Shown here: piece after piece, positions 1 through 13,720 of the stretch
Layout of the letters: each line of letters begins with the position of its first letter
Numbering within the stretch: the stretch's first letter is position 1
Source of the DNA: Eledone cirrhosa
Lineage: Eukaryota
Assembly: GCA_964016885.1 (NCBI GenBank)
Contig: OZ024758.1
Coordinates: 30,690,001 to 30,754,000, forward strand
Reading direction: 5' to 3'
DNA length: 64,000 nucleotides
The notes under the pieces: model-generated
What the model saw: only the letters and a program-made list of their open reading frames with translations
Database searches by the model: none
Told to the model about the DNA's origin: nothing
Program-made: the position numbers and the translations under genes

Positions 1-1180
1 TATGAAAAACGCACATAAGGAAAGACATGGCTAGTGACGTCAGAATGAGACGCATGTTTGTTTACAAGAAACAACAGTCAAAAACATTCCGAAAAAAAAC
101 TCTACAAAAGGAGTTCAGCAAAAAGCAATATTATCGCAGTTTTTTATAAAAAAAAACGGGATTAGTCATAAATAATTTAAGTACTCTAGGATATATATAT
201 ATAAGTCCAAAGAATCATTAGATAAAATATATACAGTATTTCCTCTCCCAATCAGCATAAATCAACCACACAAAAAAATCATTTAAACGAGACTATAAGT
301 TTAAGATGTATTTATGAAGAAATAGTAGACAAATGATATAGCTTTTTTTCCGCGACGTACAGCTCAAAATATTTACCTAATATTCCTATTAACCTGTAGA
401 AATTGACTAGACATTCAGTTAACTACACGTAATTAGGTACAAAATCGAAGTTAGAAGAAAAAGTGTACATAAACTTTACCAAAATATACATATATATATA
501 ATTATTGGGGTGGATATCCAAAATACTCTAAGATCCAGCATTTAGTTAATGATTATTTTAACATATATTATTTTAACATATATTTATGTTTAGTTGCAGT
601 TTGGGCATGCTAAATCCGAGTAGCACAGCTGTCAAGTTTATCCATTTTAAGCCATTAAGTAATATGTCAAAACACTTTATTCATTCTCGAGCTATTAATA
701 ATAAAACAATTATGTTTTATTATGGCTTTAATTCACTATTCTTCAAATACATATTATGTTTCAAATTTATGAAGTTAGATGAAGGGAATTTCATCAGGTT
801 ATCTCAGGCTCATAACGATTAATCCATGAAATGCACAAGTTGTATGATGAAAAGAAACCATAAGATAAATAGTTTAGTGTGGAGCTGTCGTATATGTCTT
901 TGATCTGTAGCCGTTTCATTCCCGAGTAAGTTACAGTAAGCTACAATAAGCTAGGTATAGACGCCATAGAAACACGCGCTTGCAGACATGCACCCCACTT
1001 CACACAAACAAACACACATACATGTTGGAGAGCATAATTGTATTTATTCGGCTACCGCTGCTGATATTCGTGTAATAGCGATGTCCAGGTGTCATTTTGG
1101 TTACAGGAATATTTTTCAATTACAGAGCAATATGCCATCTCATTAATCGTGTTAAATGGGAGGGTATTTCATGTATCATT

Positions 1181-1275
1181 TTATTTTATCTGATGAGGAC
1201 GTACTGTTGTACCTCTGAAATATGAATAATACAATTTAAGTGATCACAGGAACATCTATTTTATTAATACTTGTA

Positions 1276-1280
<5 letters not shown>
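1181..1280 (+). mobile_element. Short PLE 3'-end fragment with degenerate type I hammerhead, running into (TA)n
   Basis: tattttat-CTGATGA(1190-1196)-ggacgtactgttgtacctct-GAAA(1217-1220)-tatgaa-TA; same family as 3201-3635. Confidence 0.65.
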
Positions 1281-1334
<54 letters not shown>

Positions 1335-1338
<4 letters not shown>

Positions 1339-1680
1339 GGTCGTTTTGGAAGCCTCAACAATGCAGATGGGTAAATCTCCGGGTAACAGAATCAGGTAGT
1401 AATGAGATAGATATACGAGGAAATGTAGAATGAGACGTATAGGGTGTAGAAGAACGTAGGAAAGAGTGTAAAAGTAATAACACGAGATAGAGTTACCTTG
1501 GAAGTGATTTAATTGTCCCTATATTTCGGATTTTGCATCCATCAACTGGGGGTTTTCGAGGGGGAAAGTTTTTAGTCGGAGAGGAACAACACGTGGCCTC
1601 TGTTTTCTAGATAACAGAGGCCACGGCTGGACCAAATCAAATCAAATTTTACAAGGTTAATAGACCCAGGAGTATCAACA
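1335..1680 (-). mobile_element. PLE pLTR/tail family with atypical hammerhead-like core (second copy at 41790-42480)
   Basis: Minus strand ccc-CAGTTGA-tggatgcaaaatcc-GAAA-ta-TA-ggg (1517-1551), then attaaa and caagGTAACT; clear similarity to 41840-42090; ends in (TA)n. Confidence 0.55.
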
Positions 1681-2129
1681 TGTAATTTTTATTTTCATTT
1701 GGATTAAAACAATATAAGATTTTATCAAAAATAATATTTTTATGGTCAACTATAGTAAACCATGACTATGACGATGATAACGTCACATTTTGTATATGAG
1801 TCTGTATGTGAGTGAGTGTGTGTGTGTGTGTTTCTGCGTTCGTTATGTACGTTAGGCCTCAGAGAATTAAACACACACACACATCTACGCATACATACAC
1901 ATAATGTGTGTGAGTGTATGCGAGTGTGTAGACGTCATATTTTGCAAGTGTATGTGTCTGTCTTAGTATATGTATGTTAGAGTGTATGTGTGTGAGTGTA
2001 TGTGAGAGTGTATGTGTGTGTGAGTGCTTGTGTGTTGACCGACATAACGATATTTTCTTTAGTCAAACTATACTAAACTTCCACCACTACGACGTCACAT
2101 TTTGTATATGCGTGTGCATACAGACAATT

Positions 2130-2179
<50 letters not shown>

Positions 2180-2726
2180 CTACACGTACAGATACATATA
2201 TGATGACAGACAGGTGTGCGTGAATGTATATCTCTGTGAGTCTGTCTTAGTATACTGTGTGAGCGTATGCGACAGTGTGTGTGAGCGTATGTGTGTTTGA
2301 GTGTGTGTGTGTGTGCGTGTATCTATGTGAGAGTGTATGCGAGAGTGTGTGTGAGTGTATGTGAGAGTGTATGTGTGTGTGAGTGTATGTGTGTGAGAGT
2401 ATATATGCGATAATATTTATTTACATTTGGATTAAAACGTCACATTTTGTATATGAATATGTATGTGTCTGTGAGTGTGTGCGTGTTTGTACGTTCATTA
2501 GGTACGTTATTAAATATACACACACACATCTACACATACATGAATTACACAATGAATATTGTTTACCCTAAGGTGTGTCAAGATTGACAGATTTTCATTT
2601 CTAAATTCTATTACTATTACAATTTTGATATCTTTTTAATAAAATATAGATATTTTGAAATAATATGAGGAAAAAAAACATATCTTCATAATTATTGTTT
2701 ACTAATCTGAATAAGAACAGTAGTAA

Positions 2727-2754
2727 CCCGGGCAACGCCGGCTAATTCAGCTAG
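2727..2754 (+). mobile_element. Helitron-type 3' terminus
   Basis: GC hairpin cccgggcaacgccgg followed about 10 nt later by CTAG|T; same pattern at 22899-22927. Confidence 0.6.
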
Positions 2755-2807
2755 TATATGATATATATGTACATATTATATATATTATATATATAATATA
2801 TATGTAC

Positions 2808-2839
<32 letters not shown>

Positions 2840-2871
2840 AGTATATATGTATATATATATAAGTATATATG

Positions 2872-2919
<48 letters not shown>

Positions 2920-3200
2920 TATATGTACATATATATATTATATATATATATATACATATATATATGTACATATATATATTATATATATTATATATACATA
3001 TATATATTATATATATAATATGTACATATATATCATATATATATTATATATATGTATATGTATGTATTATATATAGATAATATATATGTATATATATGTG
3101 TGTGTATATATATATATTATATATATATATACATATATTATCTATAATATATACATATATATTATATATATATAATATATACATATACACATATATATAT

Positions 3201-3631
3201 TAACAAAATAGATATTCTTGTGATCAAGTATATTTTATTATACATATTTCAGAGGTACTGAGTTAACTGTAACAGTACGTCCTCATCAGATAGAATAAGA
3301 TGATGCATGACATACCCTGACTTAGTAGATGGTTCAGATTCAGTCATGGTAGTGAATCTTAACCATAACTGAATGGTAGTGAATCGTACCATGACTGAAT
3401 GTTAACCATCTACTATGTCAGGGTATATCATGCATCATCTTATTTTATCTGATGAGGACGTACTGTTACAGTTAACCCAGTACCTCTGAAATATGTATAA
3501 TAAAATATACTTGATCACAAGTTAATATTTTGAATTAATATTAATAACTCTGGAAAACCATTTGTGTTGAGTGCTTCCAATCTATTGTAAAACTCATTCT
3601 TTGATTTATTCCTTGAACCTTGTTTAACTTT

Positions 3632-3635
<4 letters not shown>
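3201..3635. mobile_element. Fold-back PLE end: inverted arm about 3201-3350 plus direct arm about 3385-3635, in (TA)n
   Basis: 3218-3350 is the near reverse complement of 3385-3520; each arm carries a hammerhead. Confidence 0.75.
3441..3507 (+). ncRNA. Type I minimal hammerhead ribozyme
   Basis: Stem I tattttat/ataaaata (8 bp), CTGATGA 3449-3455, stem II, GAAA 3488-3491, quasi-palindromic stem III tatgta, AUA cleavage triplet. Confidence 0.8.
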
Positions 3636-3678
<43 letters not shown>

Positions 3679-4609
3679 TGTATATATATATATATGCATA
3701 TGTATTTATTTTATATATATATGTATGTATGTATATGTATGTATTATATATGTATAATATATATGTATACATTATAGAAATATAATGTATAAATATATAT
3801 TATATATATGTATATATTGTATATATATAATATATATGTATATATTGCATATATATGTATATATTGCATATATATGTATATATTATATATATGTATATAT
3901 TGTATATATATTTATATATTTTATACGTATATGTATGTATTATATACGTATATGTATGTATTATATATATATATAATTTATATGTATATATCATATGTAT
4001 GTATTATATATATATATAATTTATATGTATATATCATATGTACATATATATATATTATATATATATAATTTATATGTATATATCATATATACATATATGT
4101 ATTATATATATATATATAATTTATATGTATATATTTTATTATTGTTTCTTAGCGATTTTAACACTCGAACACCCACACATTAATTTTATTCTGTTAAATG
4201 GAACAGAAAATTTCTCAAAAATCAAATTACCGTTAATTTCGTAATGAAACATATTTCTTAATCATTCAGTGTGCAATTAATTTTCTCCACATATTTTAAT
4301 TGTTGTGAATTATTCTAGACCTTGCAATACACCTTTTAATGTATCTTTTAACTATTGTAGATAGATTGTCTTGTTTTGAGGAATTTTAGCATAAAAAGCA
4401 TGTATGAAGGATGTAAATTCAATTGAATTTATCCCACAACGTTTATTTAATAGCCAACAGGATGATAAAGAACAAAATGGAACATTTCGTGATTTGAGCT
4501 CAAAACCTAAGGGAGTAGATAAATAGTATGTAAGGAATCTTTTAAAGAAAACAATTATACTCGAACCATGGACTCCGAAATATAAAGATTGCTTCATTTT
4601 CTACAAAAT

Positions 4610-5010
4610 AATTGTTTCTATTTTTGGCACAAAGCCAGCAATTACCACAGTGTATTACAGGTAATTTTTCTACAAAATAATTGTTTCTATTTTAGGCACA
4701 AGGCCAGCAATTATCCAGTACATTACTGGTACTTTATTTTATCGACCCCGTAAGGATGAAAGGCAAAGTTAACCTCGGCGGAATTTGAAACTAGACCGTA
4801 AAGGGACGTAACTATGCTGGAAAGCATGGCGTCCGACCCTCTACCGATACTGCCAATTCTAGGCACACGGCCAACAATTTGAAGGGAGGAAAAAGTCGAT
4901 TAAATCGACGTCAGTTCATTACTGGTACATCATATAATCTACCGCGTAAGAATAAAAGGCAAAGTTAGCCTCGACAGGATTTCAACTCAGATCGTAAAGG
5001 GGCGTAACTC
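4610..5010 (-). mobile_element. tRNA-derived SINE copies (family A): a duplicated tail, one young copy and one older copy
   Basis: Reverse complement of the SINE at 36388: A box tggcagtatcgg, central ctttgcctttcatccttacggggtcgataaaataaagtaccag (Deu/Nin-like domain), tail agaaacaatt. Confidence 0.8.
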
Positions 5011-5339
5011 TCAACTCCGACAAATACTAGCAACATTTCTGTCAAATCTCACCCTCTAGTAAAAAAGAAAGCATCGTCTTAATTAACAAAACAAACAAAA
5101 CACGTTGTTTAATGTAGAAACATAAAATTGTATGAAAAGGTGTGATAGTCAAGGGTGGAACGGTTTTAAACTATAAATATATTTTATCAAGGATGACTTG
5201 ATCTATTTTCCATGATTAATTTCGTAACATTTCTGGATACACACAAAAACACACCTCGTTTTTTGTGAAATGTATTCTAGCATTATACTGCAGGTATAGC
5301 TCATTGGTTAAGACGTATATATATATATGTATATCGAAA

Positions 5340-5480
5340 GGTAACCATAGTTAGAAAAAAAAGTACTCAATACGTTAGTAGAGTATAGGAAACTCTATTG
5401 TTATATTGAAATGTCTTCGACAGGACTAAACGAAACGGCTCTAATCCTGTAGAAGTCATTTCTATAATAAAATAAAGATA
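5340..5480. mobile_element. Small fold-back PLE-end fragment related to 38515-38640 and 48240-48420
   Basis: Minus-strand tail ctctactaacgtattgagtac plus plus-strand GAAAcggctctaatcctgTAgaag hammerhead 3' half. Confidence 0.5.
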
Positions 5481-5508
5481 TATGTCTAAACACACACACA
5501 TACACACC

Positions 5509-5590
<82 letters not shown>

Positions 5591-5614
5591 AAGAAGACCA
5601 AAGATTAATTAACC

Positions 5615-5651
<37 letters not shown>

Positions 5652-5653
5652 CC

Positions 5654-6327
5654 GATGATGGTTGGAAGATCACTGATGAAGGACCACTTTATTCATATGT
5701 AACCCATTTGCAACTCCGCAGCACGTTTATTCTCATATTTACACATTTTTTTCTCCCGCTGTGACCCGTCTATTTCGTTCTTACTGCTTCCTCTTTCTCT
5801 GTATCTTTACCTTCTCTAACAGTCACTCTCTCTGTTAGCCTCTTCCTCACCCTTCACTCACTCACTCTCTGTTACTACCTCTCCTCCTCCTCCTTCTTCC
5901 CGTTTGACCTGTGCGTAATTCTTTTCTCTCTCACGCTTGGCCAGGCCGGTCGGCATTTTCTCTCTCTCTCGTCTACGATTTCACAGAACTTATGTTTACC
6001 GAATTCACAGACTAGACCCCTTTTTCCTTCCGTTAGACCTGTGCGAAATTCCTTCCTTGCTCACATTTCAACCAGGTTTGATGGTCTTTATTCTCTCTCG
6101 TTCACGATTTCACCGAACTTATATTCATGGAAATTTTTGGACTTGACCCGCTCTTCCTCACCTTTCGTTGCTTCACCATCTTTGTTTGTTTACACTCTCG
6201 TGTCCCCTTTATTTACGTGTCCCAACGACTTTTTTTAGCCGTTGCTCGCACCAACCGGAGATATATGGTCTTTAAAGCGAAGAAATACCTATGATGGTTG
6301 GAAGATCACTGATGAAGGACCACTTTA

Positions 6328-6334
<7 letters not shown>
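5654..6334. mobile_element. About 680 bp element bounded by direct repeats, between (TA)n tracts (probable PLE-type remnant)
   Basis: gatggttggaagatcactgatgaaggaccactttattcatat at both ends (about 5657-5698 and 6293-6334); internal duplication of about 130 bp near 5900-6150. Confidence 0.5.
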
Positions 6335-6414
<80 letters not shown>

Positions 6415-6883
6415 GGTGTAGGGTTGCAGGTAAATGCGTCTGTAGACGGTGTGACGGTAGAGCGCTCGATGCTCGCACAGAGCAGAGTGTATTGTTATAG
6501 ATAATGAAGAATCAGTAATGCATCAAACCACAATTTATTAACAAATTACATGTGTTTCTCCGCCGATCAGTTCGTGGTAGTGTCTGTTACAGATCTAAGC
6601 TGACCCTGCATTCGAAGGTTTCTCAGATATGTCATGTGGGTTCAAAAATATCCCATCCCAATTTATAATATTCAATGTGTTTATGCCATAACGCGTAGAA
6701 ACAGAAATTCAGAAGAGATGTTATTTTAAGAATAGAATAATTTCGGGACATACGACAACTGAGAACATATATATCTAGTAGCTTTACAAATGGTTCAATA
6801 CAGCTTATTCAACTAATGCTTATCTTATTTCAATTGAGTTAAAGAGGTAACCATTGAGTATTACATAGCATTATTAAATATTC

Positions 6884-7303
6884 AGGGTGGTGGATTGGCA
6901 GTATCGGTAGAGGGTCGGACGCCAAGGGTGGTGGATTGGCAGTATCGGTAGAGGGTCGGACGCCATGCTTTCCAGCATAGTTACGTCCCTTTACGGTCTG
7001 AGTTCAAATCCCGTCGAGGTTAACTTTGCCTTTCATCCTTACGAGGTCGATAAAATAAAGTACCAGTAATGTACTGAGTAATTGCTGGCTTTGTGCCTAA
7101 AGTAGAAACAATTATTAAATATTGCCAGTATCGGTAGAGTGTCGGATGCCATGCTTTGCAGCAAAGAGTTACGGCCCTTTATGTTCTGAGTTCAAATCCC
7201 GCTGAGGTTAACTTTGCCTTTCATCCTTACGGGCGTCGATAAAATAAAGTACCTGTAATGCACTGGAGTAATTGCTGGCCTTGTGCCAAAAGTAGAAACA
7301 ATT
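6884..7303 (+). mobile_element. Tandem SINE family A copies (full copy with duplicated 5' end, then a 5'-truncated copy)
   Basis: A box, B box gagttcaaatcc, conserved core and tail; attattaaatatt repeated before, between and after the copies (TSD). Confidence 0.85.
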
Positions 7304-7407
7304 ATTAAATATTGTAAATCTTCAACTGTACAGTGACATGCGAATCACAAGTTGAAAAGAAAAGTCGTACCTACTCTGTCATCTTATATTGTTATACACA
7401 CACACAC

Positions 7408-7700
<293 letters not shown>

Positions 7701-7825
7701 ATATATATATATATATATTGAGGGAGGTTGACCGGGCTGGTAGCTGCTAAATGGTCAGCCGCCCTCATGTCTCTGATTTTCAGCCCCATGGATTTTGTCT
7801 ATCATATTCCTTTGTTATATTTCGA

Positions 7826-7883
7826 ATACCTGATGATGTCACCGGATTCATACTGAACCCGGTCATTGAAATGATCATAGTAT
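7826..7883 (+). ncRNA. Type I minimal hammerhead ribozyme in a short PLE end (about 7720-7930)
   Basis: atac-CTGATGA-tgtcaccggattcatactgaacccggtcatt-GAAA-tgatca-TA-gtat, palindromic stem III ATGATCAT, AATAAA immediately after. Confidence 0.75.
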
Positions 7884-7927
7884 AATAAACCTTTTAAGGA
7901 ATTACACCAGTCCAGCCTCCTGTTATT

Positions 7928-7984
<57 letters not shown>

Positions 7985-8686
7985 CATCGGAACAAATTGA
8001 AGAAGCTGGTCGTCAATGCTCAATGAGACCTGGTATGGCGTTGTTGTAGTGCTGACCTAAATATATTCAAACTCAGATGTCAGGTCACCAGTTGGTGCTA
8101 CTGGTAACATGTATCCCAGTACAACTTGTCTCATGGTGAGGTCGTTGGCGACTAAACTGGCAACCCCACCAAGGTTTCTTGGTGAGGAGGATGACTTTGG
8201 ACATCCCGCAGGACTAAAATCAAAACCTGTCAAAGGGCAAAGGAGCTCTTAAGAGTCAATGGCCATCCAAAATCACCGGGAGAGATGACCCCTTAGCCTT
8301 TGTCAAGGCAGAACTCTAGGAGAAGGAAAACTCTTATATAACACCTGCAACTCTGATGGTATCCAATGATGTTGACTTGTTCTTCTTTTTGGTAAATATC
8401 ATCTTGGTTAAGAGAGTGGGACTGGCTTTGTGCAATGCCTTTGCTCACTATAAAAGCTTCACGGCACAGGCATTGCTTTATATCTGGAGATCTCTCTGCA
8501 CTTGTCGTCACATGGTACCATGGGCCCAGCACTATGTGTCAATAATTGTCACCAGTGTAGTGTTTGTACCAGAGTTTTCAAGTCGCTGGCTGGACTAAAA
8601 TGTCACACTCGTTCAGCGCATCGGTAGTAGGGGTTCTCCTACATGGATATAAAGTAGTGGCCGTACTCGAAAACGAGTTGACAATT

Positions 8687-8740
<54 letters not shown>

Positions 8741-8763
8741 ATCTGAGCTTTTCGAATATTAAT

Positions 8764-8953
8764 AATTGTTTCTACTTTAGGCACAAGGCCAGCAATTACC
8801 CAGTGCATTACTGGTACTTTATTTTATCGACCCCGTAAGGATGAAAGGCAAAGTCAACCTCGGCGGGATTTGAACTCAGATCGTAAAGGGACGTAACTAT
8901 GCTGGAAAGCATGGCGTCCGACCCTCTACCGATACTGACAATCCACCGCCCTT
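8764..8953 (-). mobile_element. SINE family A, full length, with TSD
   Basis: A/B boxes and core on the minus strand; tcgaatattaataat duplicated on both sides. Confidence 0.85.
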
Positions 8954-9283
8954 AATCGAATATTAATAATAACATTCAATTCGTTTGTAACTATGCAAAC
9001 AAGCCTCAATTTTGTAGCCATGACAGTAGAATGAACACTTCATTCTTGCTCTAGTGTTGGCATGCGAACAGAATTGCAGACACTAATGTTTTTGGGTATC
9101 ACCCTTGATCAGCACAGCTCACTGTTCACCTACCAAATCTAGCTGATTAGGGGATCTGCTAATATGCATATCTGACTGATCAGCCAGTCTGCTGATGTGC
9201 AAATCAGGCTGATCAGTCACTGTGCATTTTTGAAAATAGCATATATTTTCACTAGCTCAGAGAGTTTGCCAGGTGAGCAGTGA

Positions 9284-9329
9284 GCTGTACTGATGAAGGG
9301 TGATACCCAGAAACATTAGTGTCTGCAGT
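9284..9329 (+). ncRNA. Type I hammerhead ribozyme
   Basis: gctgta-CTGATGA-agggtgataccca-GAAA-cattagtg-TC-tgcagt: 6 bp stem I with wobbles, canonical GUC site. Confidence 0.8.
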
Positions 9330-9498
9330 TCTGTTTACATGCCAACACAAGAGCAAGAATGAAGTGTTCATTCTACTGACATGGCTATAACATTGAGGCT
9401 TGTTTGCATAGTTGTAAACGAATCGAATGTAATTATTAATATCCGAAAAACTCAGATTATATTTATTGTATTCAGCCATGTAGAGCGAAATTTTCTTT

Positions 9499-9552
<54 letters not shown>

Positions 9553-9624
9553 GACACACATATATAGTAGTGAAAGAGTGAAGAATAACATGGTCGGCTG
9601 TACAAAAAGGGTTTTATTTACAGT

Positions 9625-9731
9625 ATTAACAATTGTTTCATTGATCAGGTGAGTCTAAAGGCCGCTAATCTCTCGAAGTTGCGCCACTCGACCTTCAATA
9701 CAGTGTGTGTCTCTGATCAAATCATCGGAAT
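9625..9731 (-). ncRNA. Hammerhead variant (CCGATGA core, long stem II)
   Basis: Minus strand att-CCGATGA-tttgatcag...ctgatcaat-GAAA-caattg-TT-aat; palindromic stem III; AATAAA downstream. Confidence 0.6.
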
Positions 9732-9733
9732 GT

Positions 9734-9789
<56 letters not shown>

Positions 9790-9826
9790 GTAAATATATA
9801 TATGATATATCTATATTATACAAATA

Positions 9827-9913
9827 CAGGGTGCCCCACCACCCCTCAAAAAATGTATACGCACTTTGTTTAGAATTCTGATAAAGTATGTATACATTTT
9901 TTGGGACACCCTG
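9827..9913. mobile_element. Tc1/mariner-type MITE (related remnant near 47884-47950)
   Basis: TA|cagggtg...aaaaaatgtatac and gtatacattttttgggacaccctg terminal inverted repeats. Confidence 0.55.
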
Positions 9914-9936
9914 TGTATACACACACGTACACATTT

Positions 9937-9979
<43 letters not shown>

Positions 9980-10519
9980 GCAGACACACATCTAAATACT
10001 GCCATGCTGCAGACTATTTTGTCAGAATCTTCTAGCTTCGCTGTCAAACCGTCGTCCTTGTAATACGTAATTATTGCGTGTCTCTTATAATTGTCATTCG
10101 TATAAAATTGTTCAGGGATATTTAATCTAGTTTACAATTGCATTAATTGAAGAAATTTCATTTCACTCCGAGAAAAACACATTTCTCGATAAAAATATTA
10201 AAATGTGCGTAAACAACTAAGCTGTATGTCATGATAAAAAAAAAAAAAAAAGTTGTACAATTCCATCAATTATCAAAAGAAGCGTCAAAGATATCTCAAA
10301 ATTGTATTGGAACATAAGAAAAACTTTATAATCAAGCAGAAAAATGAATAACAAACCTAAAACATCAAGAAAATTCGGAATAGAACACAAACGTCAATCC
10401 TATGATATAAAAAGCTACTAATCCAAGGCAACAAACAATAGATGCATGCTAAGCAAAACATAATAGCCTATCTGTTGAAAAGATAAACATTATACCAGTG
10501 TTGATTCATTCTTTCAGAT

Positions 10520-10800
10520 GATCTACATGATGCAGCTTATTTTTAATAGATTTTCGTGAATTAGTAATCTCTATCAATGACGTCAATGGTTTTATTAAAA
10601 GTCAAAGTCAGTGATTTTTATATATCACCCAGAAATTGGATCTCAAGATTGGGCTTCGTCGGCTGGCTGACTGGAATGAGATTGGTAGTGAATGGCCATC
10701 TTAACTATTTTATTGGTGCTGGAACCATTAAAGGAAGCAATAAAGGAGAACGTATTTTTATTCCTAGAATTAGATTAGAACTATCTGACTCAATATGCTA
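10520..10800 (+). pseudogene. Degenerate Helitron Pif1-like helicase fragment
   Basis: Translation ...LTGMRLVV...IGAGTIKGSNKGERIFIPRIRLELSD matches the Pif1/Helitron pattern LCNGTRLVV...G...G..VxIPRIxLxPSD. Confidence 0.6.
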
Positions 10801-11111
10801 CGCATGAAAAGTTATTTTCTCTAACTCGATGTTTATTAAATAATCGCAAGAGGACGACGGTGGGATTAATCTGCAGGTGGATCACCAACGATTTTACTTT
10901 GCATATACACGAGTAACGAACTTTTACAACTTTTACAATAGAAACGTTTTAGCGAAATGAGGAGTAAGGTAAGAAAGAAACAAAAAAAATGTTCAGCATT
11001 GGTATTAGTAATAATAATAAAACTAAAAAAACATAAAGATCTCTCTTTCTCTTTCCCTATCTCTGTCTTTTCTCTCTCAACATACAAAACATTCATTATA
11101 AATATATATAT

Positions 11112-11167
<56 letters not shown>

Positions 11168-11582
11168 ATAAAAGAGGAAACACAGGTAAGCATTAAAAAA
11201 AGGATTTTATCCAGGTATTTACGACCGTTTCATTGGTAAGTGCAACCTTATATTGCTATACTGCAAATAGCACCCACTCAATAATAATTGTTGTTCACGT
11301 CCAAATTTTCAAAATAGTGAATAAGTTACTCTTAACAAGTTCTTAATATATAGAAAAATAATTTTTGGAATTGTATTTGCTAGTATAGAGAGAGAGGAAG
11401 AGGAATTAGAAGGTGGAGGGACAAAGGGGGTAGTATAGAGAGAGAGGAAGGAGGATAAGAATTAGGAAGTAGGGTGATAAACTGAGATGGAGGGAGGGGT
11501 AGAGGTGGAAGGAATCTTTGATCAGTTTTGCTATATGTAGACCTGAGTGAGTTAAAGAGAATTAAATTGTTTATAGTGGGAG

Positions 11583-11639
<57 letters not shown>

Positions 11640-11664
11640 GAGAGATAGAGAGATAAATAACCAA

Positions 11665-12925
11665 AGCATAGAAAGACTGCGTAAGAATATTAGGACTATC
11701 GGGAAACTAGGCCTTAGCATAACGTATGAGTATAGCACTAAAATAGTGAACTTTCTAGACGCGACGCTTAACCTAAATACGGGACTTATAAGACCTTTTC
11801 ACAAGATTAATGAAAACCTAGCATACATCAACTGTAACTCAAACCACCCACTATCCATAATAAAATCCGTTGCGCGCATCATATCCCTTAGGATCTCCCG
11901 CCTCTCGTCTAACCAACAAATCTTCGAGGAACATGCAGAGTACTACAATACCGCACTAGACAAGGCAGGCCACTTAAATAGAGTAGAATAAAGAGATGAA
12001 AGCCTCCGCAAAGCACACACGAACACGCATGACACAAACTCCAGAAACACACATACACACATTTACGCATAGAACTACAAATTATAATGAAAATAGAAAT
12101 ACAACATCGAAATCAAGCAGGTCACGCAGTAGAAAATATATTTGGTATAACCCCATATTTAACACCTCTATTAGTACTAACCTACCCTCCACCTTCTTTA
12201 GAATATTAAATAAGCACTTTCCAGATTCACATAGATACAGCAAAATCCTCAACACTAAATCTATTAGACTATCTTACTCCACGGCACCAAACATAGAGGC
12301 ACACATTAAGATGTTTAACGCTAAAAAGATACGTAACAACACCAGAACACAAATTTATAACAATACAATTACCATTGAACACAACATAATATCTAATACA
12401 CAACCACCCACTAATATGCAAACAAGACGTAACACACTTGTACAGGCATCGCAGCCCACCAATAATGCCAAGGTTGCCCATGACAAGAATTGTAATTGCC
12501 ACCTACCTGAAACCTGTCCATTACATAAGGAATGTATGCAGTCTAACCTGGTTTACCAATGCACAGTGGAATCAGACAACCAGAAATGGTATTACATCGG
12601 AGCGACTGGGAATACATTTAAAGCTCGTTTGTATACACACCGTTACGCAATGAAACATTCCCAGCATCGTTATGTAACTACCCTTGCGAACAAGACCTGG
12701 CAACTGAGGGAAAGTAACATTCAATACACCCTGAAGTGGAAAAAATTATCGAACGCGCCCCCATATCGGAGTGGTATGAGAAGCTGTCGATTATGTGACC
12801 TTGAGCTGTTCCACATTTTGAGTTCGAAGAATAAGTTACTCAACAATAAAATTGAAAGATCGATTTATTGTAACCATAGACTCAAAGAAAAGTTTTCGCA
12901 CTACAAGTGCAAATCGAACCCTTAA
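11665..12925 (+). pseudogene. PLE RT thumb + CxCx5C linker + GIY-YIG endonuclease (stop/frameshift near 11990)
   Basis: VNFLDATLNL, YINCNSNHP, WYNP.F, CNCHLPETCPL..EC, LVYQC...YYIGAT..TFKAR, CRLC..E, LLN...CNH. Confidence 0.85.
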
Positions 12926-13370
12926 CCTCTTACTATCAACTGACAAACTGCATATACAACCCCTTTAATTACCCACAAAAACCAATACCTATATCCCTCC
13001 CTTCTCCTTCATTCCTTTTCTATTTCTTTTCGTTTTCTCCCTTTCTTCTCTCTCTTTTTTTTGATGTCTTTTCTTTTCTTCTTTCTTTTATTTATTTATT
13101 TATTTTTATTTTTTAAATTTTTTTATATACTCTAAAATCGACGACATCAGGTCTACATATATCAAAACTGATCAAAGATTCCTTCCACCTATACCCCTCC
13201 CTCCATCTCAGTTTATCACCCTACTTCCTAATTCTTATCCCCCTTCCTCTCTCTCTCTATACTAGCAAATACAATTCCAAAAAATGTTTTTCTATATATT
13301 AAGAACTTGTTAAGAGTAACCCTTTTCACTATTTTGAAAATTTTGACGTGAACATCAATCATTATTGACT

Positions 13371-13424
13371 AAAGTACCAGTAATGCACTGGTTAATTGCT
13401 GGCCTTGTGCCTAAAGTAGAAACA
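13371..13424 (+). mobile_element. 5'-truncated SINE family A tail inserted in stem II of a PLE hammerhead
   Basis: aaagtaccagtaatgcactgg...agaaaca flanked by 10 bp TSD attattgact (13361-13370 and 13425-13434). Confidence 0.8.
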
Positions 13425-13668
13425 ATTATTGACTGGCTGCTATTTGCAATATAGCAATATAAGGTTGCACTTACCAATGAAACGACCGTGAATACCTGGA
13501 TAAAATCCTTTTTTTAATGCTTACTTGTGTTTTCTCTTTCATCCTATACACTCCAAGATTGAACATGATTCTTACAAACTGGTGGAGTTACCCCTAACCG
13601 TACGTTGAAACCGTCCATGAAACTGTCTTAACCACGAACTGGATTACAATAGGCAATTTTCTGCTTCC

Positions 13669-13714
<46 letters not shown>

Positions 13715-13720
<6 letters not shown>

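Larger units (their letters stand above)
8740..9500. mobile_element. Fold-back PLE end with about 200 bp inverted arms; left arm interrupted by a SINE
   Basis: 8960-9150 is a diverged reverse complement of 9250-9445; the arm continues at 8740-8763 beyond the SINE. Confidence 0.7.
11165..13673 (+). mobile_element. 5'-truncated Penelope-like element (Hydra-clade-like) with inverted upstream pLTR, inserted in (TA)n
   Basis: 11165-11560 is the reverse complement of the 3' region (about 13140-13548); body encodes RT C-terminus and GIY-YIG; both ends abut (TA)n. Confidence 0.85.

Noticed and set aside
7990-8350. Possible RTE LINE 5' region (also 62960-63200 minus, with a possible HDV-like ribozyme)
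   Set aside because: Only vague resemblance; could not fold a convincing nested double pseudoknot by eye
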